A stretch of DNA of 64,000 nt from Bacteroidota bacterium (lineage in GTDB: Bacteria > Bacteroidota > Ignavibacteria > Ignavibacteriales > Melioribacteraceae). The position numbers and the translations under genes are program-made. The DNA lies in contig JBFLYW010000001.1 of NCBI GenBank assembly GCA_040756515.1, forward strand, positions 169,840 to 233,839, given 5' to 3'. Below are positions 20,976-30,283 of this stretch, piece by piece. Under the pieces are notes generated by a model. It was given only the letters and a program-made list of their open reading frames with translations, ran no database searches and was not told the DNA's origin. Numbering within the stretch: position 1 is the first letter of the stretch; every line of letters starts with the position of its first letter.

Positions 20976-22256
20976 TTAAATTTTTTCAATAACATATTTT
21001 CCACTTTCAACAGCGCTTTCAATTGTTGAGGGTAAAAATGGAATAATCCAATCACCCGTTAAAATCAGGTTTTCAAAAGGTACTTTTATTTCATTCCGAA
21101 GATAAATTGAATTAACATCTGGAATAAAAGTTGCCCGTTTCTCTTTAATTACTTCAAAATCTTTTACTAAACTCGATTTGAATATAGGAAAAAATATCTC
21201 TAAATCCGAATATATCCTTTCTAGAATTTCTTCCTCCGAACAACTTTTATAAGAGTCGGCATTACTGATTGTTATCGAAATATGCTCACCATGATTAAAG
21301 ACCCAATGAACATGTGAATCGATAAGCCCGTAAAAGCGTTCTGTAAATGGATTTTCCTTTAACCATAGATGGATATTTAATATTGTAGAATATTCAAGAT
21401 CGGGCAGTGAAAAACAGCTGATATGCGAATTTGACAAGATCCTTTTTAATGAATGGACTGGAATTGCCGATACTATGCTATCAAAATCTGCGTATTTGTT
21501 TTTTCTACTTTCTACGCAAACAATTCTATTGCCTTCTACAATAAATTTAATGACCGGGTTGGACAATTCAATAATGCAGTCTCTTTCACTCAAAAACCGA
21601 ACAGAGGGTTCAACATATAACTGGCTCAATCCAACTTTTGAAATGATAATAGAAGATGATTTTGTTCCATCCAAAAACATCCTTTTTAATATTTCTGCAA
21701 AAATTTGAGCAGATGCATTCTCGATAGATGTGTTTAATGCACCAATAACAATTATTCCCCAAAAATTTTTAATTGATTCTGCAGTCTGTTTTTTTTCAGT
21801 CAGCCATTGAGTAACGGTTTTATCTTTAAGGTCGGATGGATAGCAAAATAAAAGATCGAGAAAGAAATCGATAATTTTAATCCTCGATTTGATACTCAAT
21901 ACTCTGAAATTTAATAATGCCTCTAAGAGGTTGAATGGATAAAGTTTGTGCGAAGAATTTAACTTGAATAATGTTCCATTTCTTTTCACAAAATTGATCG
22001 ATAGCGATGATGGAAATTCTAAGAAATGTATTGAATCAATAATAGAAAGATAATTTAGAGTTTCTTTATAACAGCCCATCAAAATATGCTGCCCATTATC
22101 GTAAAAACTATTCTGTTTTTCATTAAAAAGGGAATAAGCTCTGCCGCCTAATTTGGGAGAGGATTCTAAGACAGTAACTTTATGATTTTGATTTGCAAGG
22201 TAAACCGAAGTTGCTAAACCGGCAAAGCCGCCGCCAATTACCAGTATTTTTTTCAT
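20976..22256 (-). CDS. hpnE: FAD-dependent hydroxysqualene dehydroxylase (HpnE-type amine-oxidase fold)
   Basis: 426 aa. N-terminal Rossmann motif KILVIGGGFAGLA...LESSPKLGGRA. It directly follows two squalene/phytoene-synthase-family genes, and its start overlaps the hpnD stop. Confidence 0.72.
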   Translation of the reverse strand: MKKILVIGGGFAGLATSVYLANQNHKVTVLESSPKLGGRAYSLFNEKQNSFYDNGQHILMGCYKETLNYLSIIDSIHFLEFPSSLSINFVKRNGTLFKLNSSHKLYPFNLLEALLNFRVLSIKSRIKIIDFFLDLLFCYPSDLKDKTVTQWLTEKKQTAESIKNFWGIIVIGALNTSIENASAQIFAEILKRMFLDGTKSSSIIISKVGLSQLYVEPSVRFLSERDCIIELSNPVIKFIVEGNRIVCVESRKNKYADFDSIVSAIPVHSLKRILSNSHISCFSLPDLEYSTILNIHLWLKENPFTERFYGLIDSHVHWVFNHGEHISITISNADSYKSCSEEEILERIYSDLEIFFPIFKSSLVKDFEVIKEKRATFIPDVNSIYLRNEIKVPFENLILTGDWIIPFLPSTIESAVESGKYVIEKI

Positions 22257-23098
22257 TAGTAAACAAGACTATATTTTGCCCAGACACCTACAGAAATTGC
22301 AGCTTTTTCAAACTTGCTGACTTTAATTATTTTGTTTAATACGTCGTACTCTGACTTCTCAATTTTCTGCAGAAGTTTTGAATAGATATGCTGCATAGCT
22401 CTTGCTGGAAAGAGAGCCGGTTTATCTTCAAAATAGAGAGATTGATTCGCTTTATTGAAATACTCTTTAGCTCTTTCAGCTTCAAAAGTCATCAAAGCTT
22501 TAAAATTGGAATTATATTTTTTTTGAAAGAGATCACTTTCCGAATAATTGAACTGATTAAGATCCTTTAGAGGGATATAAATTCTGCCCGATTCCGAATC
22601 CGTTCCAACGTCGCGTATTATATTTGTTAGCTGCATCGCAAGTCCCAGGTTAATAGCATAATCGCGGGTTGAATTATTTTTATAACCGAAAATTTCGATG
22701 CACATTAATCCTACAGTTGAAGCAACACGATAACAATACTCAATAAGGTCGTCAAAATGCAGATATCTCTTCCTCTGCAAGTCCATTTCCATACCAATAA
22801 TTAATTCTAAAAAGTGCTCCATCGGTATATTAAATTTCTTTTTGATGTATGCTACTTTATTCAACAATTGGTAATCTGATCTGCCGTAAATAGCTTTTTC
22901 GAATTCAGTCCGCCATTTTCTTAATCGTTCGTATTTAATATCATCTGTTTGATAATCTTCATCAACTATATCATCAGTTTTTCTGCAGAATGCATACACT
23001 GTATTCATTGCATCTCTTTTTTCTGGTGAAAGAAGACTAAATGCATAGTAAAAACTGCTCTTGCTTTCTTTAGCTATCTGTTTGGCTTGATCTTCCAT
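22256..23098 (-). CDS. hpnD: Presqualene diphosphate synthase (HpnD-type, squalene/phytoene synthase family)
   Basis: 280 aa. SSFYYAFSLLSPEKRDAMNTVYAFCRKTDDIVDE (first Asp-rich motif) and NIIRDVGTDSESGRIYIP (second motif). The N-terminus follows the pattern I recall for HpnD. Confidence 0.75.
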   Translation of the reverse strand: MEDQAKQIAKESKSSFYYAFSLLSPEKRDAMNTVYAFCRKTDDIVDEDYQTDDIKYERLRKWRTEFEKAIYGRSDYQLLNKVAYIKKKFNIPMEHFLELIIGMEMDLQRKRYLHFDDLIEYCYRVASTVGLMCIEIFGYKNNSTRDYAINLGLAMQLTNIIRDVGTDSESGRIYIPLKDLNQFNYSESDLFQKKYNSNFKALMTFEAERAKEYFNKANQSLYFEDKPALFPARAMQHIYSKLLQKIEKSEYDVLNKIIKVSKFEKAAISVGVWAKYSLVY

Positions 23099-23964
23099 GC
23101 GGCTGATATTGCTTTGAAAAATATTTTAATGAAATCGAATTTTCCTAACGACGGTCTTTCTTGCAAGACATTATATTCAATCTGTTCAATTTTCCTTAGG
23201 ATTTCTTTCCCTCCTAAAATCGTCAAAATAATTTGTTTCTTCAAATTATCTGGTAAAAAAGGAATTAATTTCCAGCCCTCGTCGAATAACTTTGATGTGC
23301 GTTCAACCTGATATTTTAATAACAATATAAAATTAGTATTATTTTTTTTTAACTCAAATACGTTTTCGTCCACACTAAAGGAATTCATTTCATCAAGCGG
23401 GATATAAATCCTTCCTTTTACAATATCAACCGAAACATCCTGATAAAAATTTGTAAGCTGAAGCGCAGTGCATATTGCATCAGAATATTTTAATGCTTCC
23501 TTATCACTAACACGGAATATTTCTAAAATTATTCTACCAACCGGATTAGCCGATCTTTCGCAATAATTAAGCAGATCGTCAAATGACGAGTAGCGCTTTT
23601 TTGTTACATCCTGTTTAAATGCGCTTAGTAAGTCATAAAAATATTTTGGGGTTAGTTTCAATAAAGTAATAGTATTATTAAGTACAAACCAGAAATCATT
23701 TTCATAATTACCCTGTAAACAATTCTTTAGTTGAGATTCATATTGTTCCAATCTTTCTATTCTTGTCTTAGAAGTTGCGCTGCCTTCATCTGCCAGATCA
23801 TCTGCTTGACGAGCAAACTGATAAACAACAGCAACATGCTTCCTTAATTCTTTCGGGATGAAAAGAGAAACAACCGGAAAATTTTCATAGTGAGACTTAG
23901 CAAAATCAATAGCTTTGTTGTAGGCAGTATTGAGAGCGTAATCCGGATTATTAATGTAATTCAT
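23074..23964 (-). CDS. hpnC: Hydroxysqualene synthase (HpnC-type, squalene/phytoene synthase family)
   Basis: The ORF-track ORF 23074..24033 is trimmed to the internal ATG at 23964 (MNYINNPDY...), because its upstream 23 codons run into the tRNA-Leu gene. YENFPVVSLFIP...YQFARQADDLADEG and FYQDVSVDIVKGRIYIP motifs match the ENFPV-type HpnC pattern. Confidence 0.72.
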   Translation of the reverse strand: MNYINNPDYALNTAYNKAIDFAKSHYENFPVVSLFIPKELRKHVAVVYQFARQADDLADEGSATSKTRIERLEQYESQLKNCLQGNYENDFWFVLNNTITLLKLTPKYFYDLLSAFKQDVTKKRYSSFDDLLNYCERSANPVGRIILEIFRVSDKEALKYSDAICTALQLTNFYQDVSVDIVKGRIYIPLDEMNSFSVDENVFELKKNNTNFILLLKYQVERTSKLFDEGWKLIPFLPDNLKKQIILTILGGKEILRKIEQIEYNVLQERPSLGKFDFIKIFFKAISAAWKIKPNR

Positions 23965-23993
23965 AAAACGCTGGAATTTGATGAAAGGATTAG

Positions 23994-24077
23994 TGCCCGG
24001 AACAGGACTCGAACCTGCACTGGTTTGCACCAACTAGCTCCTGAAACTAGCGCGTCTACCAATTCCGCCATCCGGGC
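23994..24077 (-). tRNA. tRNA-Leu (anticodon CAG), long variable arm, CCA not encoded
   Basis: The reverse complement is GCCCGGATGGCGGAATTGGTAGACGCGCTAGTTTCAGGAGCTAGTTGGTGCAAACCAGTGCAGGTTCGAGTCCTGTTCCGGGCA. It folds as a 7-bp acceptor stem, a D arm, an anticodon stem CTAGT/GCTAG with loop TTCAGGA, a long variable arm and a T loop TTCGAGT. Confidence 0.9.
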
Positions 24078-24122
24078 AAATTTGCGCTGCAAAGTTACAG
24101 AACATCTGGTGTTAATTCAAAA

Positions 24123-26417
24123 TCATCTTATTTCTTTCGCTTCACGTGAAGAATCTTTTATCGAATAACGATTAGAAATCCTCATTGTTGTATCTCTAAA
24201 TGCATCGAAAGTAGAAGGAATATCTTTAATATTCATTATATCAACTACAACTCCGGTGCGGCAATCGCTTGAGTATAATCTAGGATCACCCAATTCATAA
24301 ATGGATTCCTTGCAAAGTCTAACAGGAACTACATTACCATTTGAAGGCGGTGTAAAATCTTCCAATGGTAATTGCAACTGTTCATAAACATCATGCATAA
24401 AAATAGCCCAAACCGGCATTGCAGCACGTGCGCCCTGACCATAATCCCCGGTAAAAGAAATTCTTTGATCATCAAACCCGACCCACACACCGGCAGCTAA
24501 TTGAGGGGTATAGCCAACGAACCAAGCGTCTGCATAATCCTGAGTAGTTCCTGTTTTACCAGCAGCAGGTCTCTGGAAATTAAATCTGGCGCGCGCACCT
24601 GCACCACTTCCATAATCAATTGCAGAACGAAGCATATCTGTTACTATGTAAGCAGTCTCTTCTGGTATTGCTTCATAAGTCTGATTCGTAAACCGATCAA
24701 TCAATACACCGTCGTTATCCTCAATTTTTAAAATAGAAATTGGTTCGTTATAAATACCATGATTGGCAAGTGCAGCAAAGGCGGTTGTCATTTCTAATGG
24801 AGTAATCAAAGACGTTCCTAATGCAATTGATGGATAAGGTTCCAGCTTACTTTTAATTCCCATTTTTTCTGAAAAGCGTAATATCTTCCACATAGGAGCG
24901 TAATCTTCAATTATAAGTCTGGCTGCAACAATATTAACTGAATGGGCTAACCCGTCTCTAAGAGTTGTAAAACCGCCGGTTTTGTTGTCAAAATTTTTTG
25001 GACTCCATCCATCATAGTCGAATGGCTGATTAATAATTGGGAAGGCGGGATATAAACCGTTATCAATTGCAACAGAATAAACGATCGGTTTGAATGCAGA
25101 GCCGGGTTGGCGGCGTATTTGAGTTACATGGTTTAAGCCATACAAAAATTTTTGATCGCGACCTCCTACCATTGCTTTAATTTGACCGGTCTTAACATCT
25201 ATTGCAACAAATCCAACTTCGATTTTTTCACCAACCTTTTTTAATGAATCTATAAACGATCGATTGTTTTTCAACCGGTTATATACAACTCTTTTCTCTT
25301 CTGTTGTTGAAGCAGATTTATATTCAATTCTGTTTTTGATGGATTTATCAATCAATTCATCCAGAACGCCTTTATATTTATTCCAATTCCATGTTCTATC
25401 AAATTGTTTTTGAAATTCATTTAGATGCAATTCAGCCGCTTTATTTGCAATTCTCTGCATCCGGCTGTCAAGTGTTGTATAGATGTTCAATCCATCCTGG
25501 TATAAATCGTATCCGTACTTATCGGCAAGTTTTGTCATTTGCTGTCTTACATATTCAACAAAGTGAGGTGCAATAGTTCCTTTAATACCCTCTTCAATTT
25601 TTTTGTACGAAAGTTTTATCGGCTGATTTTTAAGATAATTAAACTTCTCTTCAGAAATATGACCGTCTTCCATCATATTAAAAAGGACCAGGTTTCTGCG
25701 TCTAAATGCGTTATCATATTTGTTGAAAGGGTCGTAGATAACGGCTGATTTTAAGAGAGCGACTAATATTCCGGCATCGGAAACAGTAAGGTCCTTAACA
25801 GGTTTATCAAAATAAACTTTAGAAGCCATAGCAATTCCATAGGCGCTGTGTCCGAACCAGGAAATATTGAAATACATTTCAAGAATTTCGCGCTTGGTAT
25901 ATGTTTTTTCAATTTGTACAGCAGTAATCCACTCCTGAATTTTTCTAATTATAGTTCCGGCATGAGTTTCGTTTTTAGATTTCAGCTTATACAAATTCTT
26001 TGCAAGCTGTTGTGTAATTGTGCTTGCACCTTCTCGTTTAAACAAGAAGACTGTTTTGAACATTGCTTTAACAAACCGTTCTACATCAACACCCCAGTGT
26101 TTGTAAAATTTTTTATCCTCTGTCGCAATAAGTGCATTAATTACATGAGGCGGAATACTATCGATACTAACTTCAACTCTGTTTTCATTAAAAAACTGAC
26201 CGATTAATTCGCCATCAATACTATAAACATTGCTTGCAAGCTGCTGACGTGGATTTTCTAGTTCTTCTAACGAGGGTAATCCTTCAAAAATATATTCAGT
26301 AAATAATATGAAAGCAGCAATAAAAATTATTCCAAGAAAAAGAAAAAAATATCGCCAAGTTTTTTTCTTTGTCTTCTTTTGTTTGTTTCTCGAATTAATA
26401 TTAGGGTTATTTGCCAT
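24123..26417 (-). CDS. mrcA: Class A penicillin-binding protein 1A (glycosyltransferase + transpeptidase)
   Basis: 764 aa. N-terminal TM segment, GT51 motifs (ATEDKKFYKHWG, GASTITQQLAKN) and transpeptidase motifs SAFKP and KTGTTQD. Confidence 0.9.
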   Translation of the reverse strand: MANNPNINSRNKQKKTKKKTWRYFFLFLGIIFIAAFILFTEYIFEGLPSLEELENPRQQLASNVYSIDGELIGQFFNENRVEVSIDSIPPHVINALIATEDKKFYKHWGVDVERFVKAMFKTVFLFKREGASTITQQLAKNLYKLKSKNETHAGTIIRKIQEWITAVQIEKTYTKREILEMYFNISWFGHSAYGIAMASKVYFDKPVKDLTVSDAGILVALLKSAVIYDPFNKYDNAFRRRNLVLFNMMEDGHISEEKFNYLKNQPIKLSYKKIEEGIKGTIAPHFVEYVRQQMTKLADKYGYDLYQDGLNIYTTLDSRMQRIANKAAELHLNEFQKQFDRTWNWNKYKGVLDELIDKSIKNRIEYKSASTTEEKRVVYNRLKNNRSFIDSLKKVGEKIEVGFVAIDVKTGQIKAMVGGRDQKFLYGLNHVTQIRRQPGSAFKPIVYSVAIDNGLYPAFPIINQPFDYDGWSPKNFDNKTGGFTTLRDGLAHSVNIVAARLIIEDYAPMWKILRFSEKMGIKSKLEPYPSIALGTSLITPLEMTTAFAALANHGIYNEPISILKIEDNDGVLIDRFTNQTYEAIPEETAYIVTDMLRSAIDYGSGAGARARFNFQRPAAGKTGTTQDYADAWFVGYTPQLAAGVWVGFDDQRISFTGDYGQGARAAMPVWAIFMHDVYEQLQLPLEDFTPPSNGNVVPVRLCKESIYELGDPRLYSSDCRTGVVVDIMNIKDIPSTFDAFRDTTMRISNRYSIKDSSREAKEIR

Positions 26418-26419
26418 TT

Positions 26420-27148
26420 TTATTCCCAGTCAATAATCTCAAATGAATTGATAAACTTGCCATAACAAGGTTTTTCGAGCCAGCTTCCCAGGTTAACATA
26501 AATACCATTATTGTATTTTTCTAACGCCCTTTGGTGGGAATGACCGAACAAAACATATTCAAATCCCGAATCAATTTTTGAATAAGCCGTTTCTATTAAC
26601 CCATCCACTGTTCCATAGTTTTTATTGGAAGTATAATCTCTGCTTTTCTTACTAGATGAACTTGCAATTTTAATTCCAAGGTCCGGATGAACAGCAGAGT
26701 AAAGTCGTTGTAATAATTTATTGCGGAGGACCAACTTTAGTATCTTGTAGCCGGTATCATTCTTTACCAGACCGTCTCCATGACCAATATAAAACCGTTT
26801 CCCATTTAGAAAAACATCAACAGCATCGTTGTAAAGAATTGCGCCTACTTCCTTTTCAAAAAAATCCCGGTGTAAAAAATCGTGATTCCCAATGAAGTAA
26901 TGAATTTTAATACCAGATTCTGCAAGTTCGGTAAGAGCCGAAAGAGTCTTAAAAAATCCTTTTTGCACAACTCTTTTGTATTCAAACCAGTAATCAAACA
27001 GGTCGCCTACAATATAAAGCTCGCTGCAATTACTTTGTGCAAAGTGTAAGAAATTTATCAATTTCCTTTCTTTTTCTTTTTCAACCTCCCGGTTGTTCAG
27101 ACCCAAATGAATATCCGAAATAAAAAAGTAAGTTTTGTTTTCAGTCAT
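26420..27148 (-). CDS. lpxH: UDP-2,3-diacylglucosamine diphosphatase (calcineurin-like phosphoesterase)
   Basis: 242 aa. Metallophosphoesterase motifs FISDIHLG, VGDLFD, GNHD and GHSH. Size and motif spacing are typical of LpxH. Confidence 0.78.
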   Translation of the reverse strand: MTENKTYFFISDIHLGLNNREVEKEKERKLINFLHFAQSNCSELYIVGDLFDYWFEYKRVVQKGFFKTLSALTELAESGIKIHYFIGNHDFLHRDFFEKEVGAILYNDAVDVFLNGKRFYIGHGDGLVKNDTGYKILKLVLRNKLLQRLYSAVHPDLGIKIASSSSKKSRDYTSNKNYGTVDGLIETAYSKIDSGFEYVLFGHSHQRALEKYNNGIYVNLGSWLEKPCYGKFINSFEIIDWE

Positions 27149-28859
27149 TATCAGATTTTATTAATTCAAAAGTTGCCAATAGCCATTTATCGGGATCCAC
27201 TACTAAATCAGATGGTTTAGAATTGCTTTCGTAGATAAACGATTCCTCACGTTTCGAAACATAATAACTTCTGGTTTCGCTCTCATTCCCAAAAATAAAT
27301 TTAATATCGATCGGAAATTTATAAATATCGTAACCATTTTGTAACTGTTTTAATGTAATTCTGGTTTTAAATCGATTATTAAACGGTTCAATTACATAAT
27401 TATACTTAACTTCCAAAATTCCGGAACCTTCGAAAATCCATTGATCAAAAAAATGTTTCAGATTCATTTGAGATATTTCTTCGGATATTTCCATAAAATC
27501 TTTGGTTGATGCATTTTTATACTTAAACCTGTCGTAATAGTTTCTAAGAATATTAAAAAAAGTAGAATCACCAACTTCTTTACGAAGCATATGTAAAACC
27601 CAGGCGCCTTTGTCATAAACAAGACTGCTGAACAAATTATTTTTCGGATTATAAAGAGTTCCTTTATCGAACGTACCGAATTTAGCAGCAAGTGTTGTTT
27701 TTAACGCATCAAAACCGCTTTGCTTCTCCCAATAAAGCGCTTCAGAATAAGTAGAGAATCCTTCATTCAACCAGATATCATTCCATGTCTTTGGTCCAAC
27801 AGCATTCCCCCACCACTGATGAGCAAGCTCATGAATTATCATGTCCTGAAATAATTTTCTGCCAGAAATATATTCGGTTCCAATTCCTGTAATTGTTTGA
27901 TGTTCCATTGCGCCGTAAAACCAATTAAACTGAGCAAGAGAATATTTCTCTTTTGTAAATGGATAGAAACCGAATATTTCTTCGAACACTCTTAAATATT
28001 TATCGTGATCTCTAAAATCTTTTACAGCGTCGTCAAACTTTTCAGGCAAGGCATAACAGAATAGATCTAATGTGTCTTTATTTGCTGAAATGTATTTTTG
28101 CGAGTGTGTTTTATAGTTTCCCGAATAAATTGCAATTAAGTAAGTTGATATTGGGTAATAAGTTTTCCAATGGTAAGTTTTCTTCTTTCCATTTATTGTT
28201 ATTCCGGTAAGTTTACCGTTTGAAAGCGATACGTAAGAAGAATCGTTAGTAATATAGATATCGGCAAGGGCTTTATCATCTGGCAGATCGATGCAAGGAA
28301 ACCATGTTGATGCAAAGACCGGCTGGTTCAAAGTATAGATTAGTTTCTTACCGTTCATCTCATCAAAATTGAAAGAACCAAAGCCCAGCTTTTTAGGTTC
28401 ACCTTCGTAACTTATTTGAACACGGACCGTATCTGTTAATCTTTCTTTAGCAATTATTGAGATATTGGTAGTTGACCTAGAGTATTTTACCTCTCTATTT
28501 CCGATGAGAACGGAATTTATTTTCAGGTTATCGTAAAAATTGAGAACAATTTCCGTTTGATTCGGATTATCCACCTTAATAGTAATATCAACAATTCCTC
28601 TAATTCTTTTCTCTTCAGGAAACAATTCAATTTTTATTTCGTAATGTAAAACATCGAGTGTACGTTGGGATTTTACATTGTACCCGGAAATGAAATCTTC
28701 ATTAATGTCTTTAAGACTCAAAACCAGATCGATGTTTTTTTCAGCCCGATCAATTAATTCAGTTCTTCCCTTCAAATGAAAGATGAGAAATATCATTCCA
28801 GCAAAAATAAAAACCGCAAGGAACGCTGAAGGAATCAATATTTTTTTCTTATTGATCAT
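27141..28859 (-). CDS. M1 family zinc aminopeptidase, membrane-anchored
   Basis: HELAHQWWGN followed by WLNEGFSTY (HExxH-x18-E gluzincin signature) and a GAMEH exopeptidase motif. The start is trimmed to the ATG at 28859 (MINKKK...), just before the TM/signal anchor. The longer track ORF starts at 28919. Confidence 0.85.
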   Translation of the reverse strand: MINKKKILIPSAFLAVFIFAGMIFLIFHLKGRTELIDRAEKNIDLVLSLKDINEDFISGYNVKSQRTLDVLHYEIKIELFPEEKRIRGIVDITIKVDNPNQTEIVLNFYDNLKINSVLIGNREVKYSRSTTNISIIAKERLTDTVRVQISYEGEPKKLGFGSFNFDEMNGKKLIYTLNQPVFASTWFPCIDLPDDKALADIYITNDSSYVSLSNGKLTGITINGKKKTYHWKTYYPISTYLIAIYSGNYKTHSQKYISANKDTLDLFCYALPEKFDDAVKDFRDHDKYLRVFEEIFGFYPFTKEKYSLAQFNWFYGAMEHQTITGIGTEYISGRKLFQDMIIHELAHQWWGNAVGPKTWNDIWLNEGFSTYSEALYWEKQSGFDALKTTLAAKFGTFDKGTLYNPKNNLFSSLVYDKGAWVLHMLRKEVGDSTFFNILRNYYDRFKYKNASTKDFMEISEEISQMNLKHFFDQWIFEGSGILEVKYNYVIEPFNNRFKTRITLKQLQNGYDIYKFPIDIKFIFGNESETRSYYVSKREESFIYESNSKPSDLVVDPDKWLLATFELIKSDND

Positions 28860-28966
28860 CAGGAAACAAAATGATTTGTCTATAATTAACTCAAAGTTAA
28901 CAAATTCAATGATTGCCAATCAATTGCTAATTAGATATTTTTGAGCAAAACAGTAGAGGTTAGCAA

Positions 28967-30202
28967 ATGGCTTATCCAGGATCGACAATACTTCGTAAAA
29001 CTTTAATAATGATACTTGCCGGCGGACAGGGAGAAAGATTGTTTCCATTAACACAATATAGAACCAAACCTTCTGTTCCATTCGGCGGGAAATACAGAAT
29101 AATTGATTTTACTTTATCAAACTGTTTGAACTCTGGATTCAGAAGGATCTATCTTCTAACACAATATAAATCTGATTCCTTAAACCGCCACTTATATGAA
29201 GCTTGGAATATATTTAATCCTGAGCTTGGAGAATTTATTTATTCTATTCCGCCACAGTTTAAAACCAGTAATAACTGGTACCTTGGAACTGCAAATGCCA
29301 TTCAACAAAACATGAATCTGGTTGAGGACGAAAATTACGAATGGTTACTAATCCTTTCAGGCGATCACATTTATAAGATGGATTACTTAAAGATGATTCA
29401 ATACCATATCGAAAAAAATGCTCAAATAACTATGTCGAGCATCGAAGTCCCAAAGAGTATTTCATCGCGTTTCGGAGTAATTCAGATTGACGATTCATAT
29501 AAAGTATTATCGTTTGTAGAGAAACCAAAAAATCCTCCGGCTATTCCTGGTAAAGATACTTCCTCATTTGTTAATATGGGCATTTATGTTTTTAATGTAA
29601 GTTCCTTAAAAGAAGTATTTAACAATACTGAGTTGAGTAAAGTACATAACCACGATTTTGGAAAAGATGTAATTCCTTATATGATTGATCATAATTACAC
29701 AGTGCAAGCTTACCGTTTTGTTGATGAAAATAAAAAAGACAAACCTTACTGGGTTGATGTTGGAACTATAGACAGCTATTATGCCGCAAGTATGGATTTA
29801 ATAAGCGTTAATCCGCATTTTAATTTATACGATAACGACTGGCCATTAAGAACACAACAGAGACAATTTCCTCCAACTAAAACTGTTTCGCATGAAGGTG
29901 AAAGAGTAGGACGTGCGTTTAATTCTGCTGTTTCTGATGGAACAATAATTTCTGGCGGACTAGTAGAAAGGTCAATCATAGGATTTAACGTAAGGGTAAA
30001 CAGTTATTCTTATATAACCGATTCGATTATAATGGATAACTGCAAGATAGGAAGACACGCAAGAATTAGAAGAGCAATAATTGACAAAAATGTTTCGATA
30101 CCGGAAGGAACTGAAATTGGGTTTGATCCGGAAGCTGATAAAAAAAGATTTACTATTTCCGAAACAGGTATTGTCGTAATACCCAAGAATTATGTTTTTT
30201 AA
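28967..30202 (+). CDS. glgC: Glucose-1-phosphate adenylyltransferase
   Basis: 411 aa. ILAGGQGERLFPLTQYRTKPSVPFGGKYRIIDFTLSNCLNSG is the canonical GlgC N-terminus, followed by a C-terminal left-handed beta-helix region. Confidence 0.9.
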   Translation: MAYPGSTILRKTLIMILAGGQGERLFPLTQYRTKPSVPFGGKYRIIDFTLSNCLNSGFRRIYLLTQYKSDSLNRHLYEAWNIFNPELGEFIYSIPPQFKTSNNWYLGTANAIQQNMNLVEDENYEWLLILSGDHIYKMDYLKMIQYHIEKNAQITMSSIEVPKSISSRFGVIQIDDSYKVLSFVEKPKNPPAIPGKDTSSFVNMGIYVFNVSSLKEVFNNTELSKVHNHDFGKDVIPYMIDHNYTVQAYRFVDENKKDKPYWVDVGTIDSYYAASMDLISVNPHFNLYDNDWPLRTQQRQFPPTKTVSHEGERVGRAFNSAVSDGTIISGGLVERSIIGFNVRVNSYSYITDSIIMDNCKIGRHARIRRAIIDKNVSIPEGTEIGFDPEADKKRFTISETGIVVIPKNYVF

Positions 30203-30283
30203 AAGTCCGCTTGATTAATCTCCTCTTAATTAATCAGAGGGATTTTAATTCTTTATTCCCGTAAAATAATCCGGCAAAAGTTT

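Noticed and set aside
23965-24033. N-terminal 23 codons of track ORF 23074..24033
   Set aside because: This stretch overlaps the tRNA-Leu gene (23994..24077) on the same strand. The HpnC-like homology only begins after the internal ATG at 23964.
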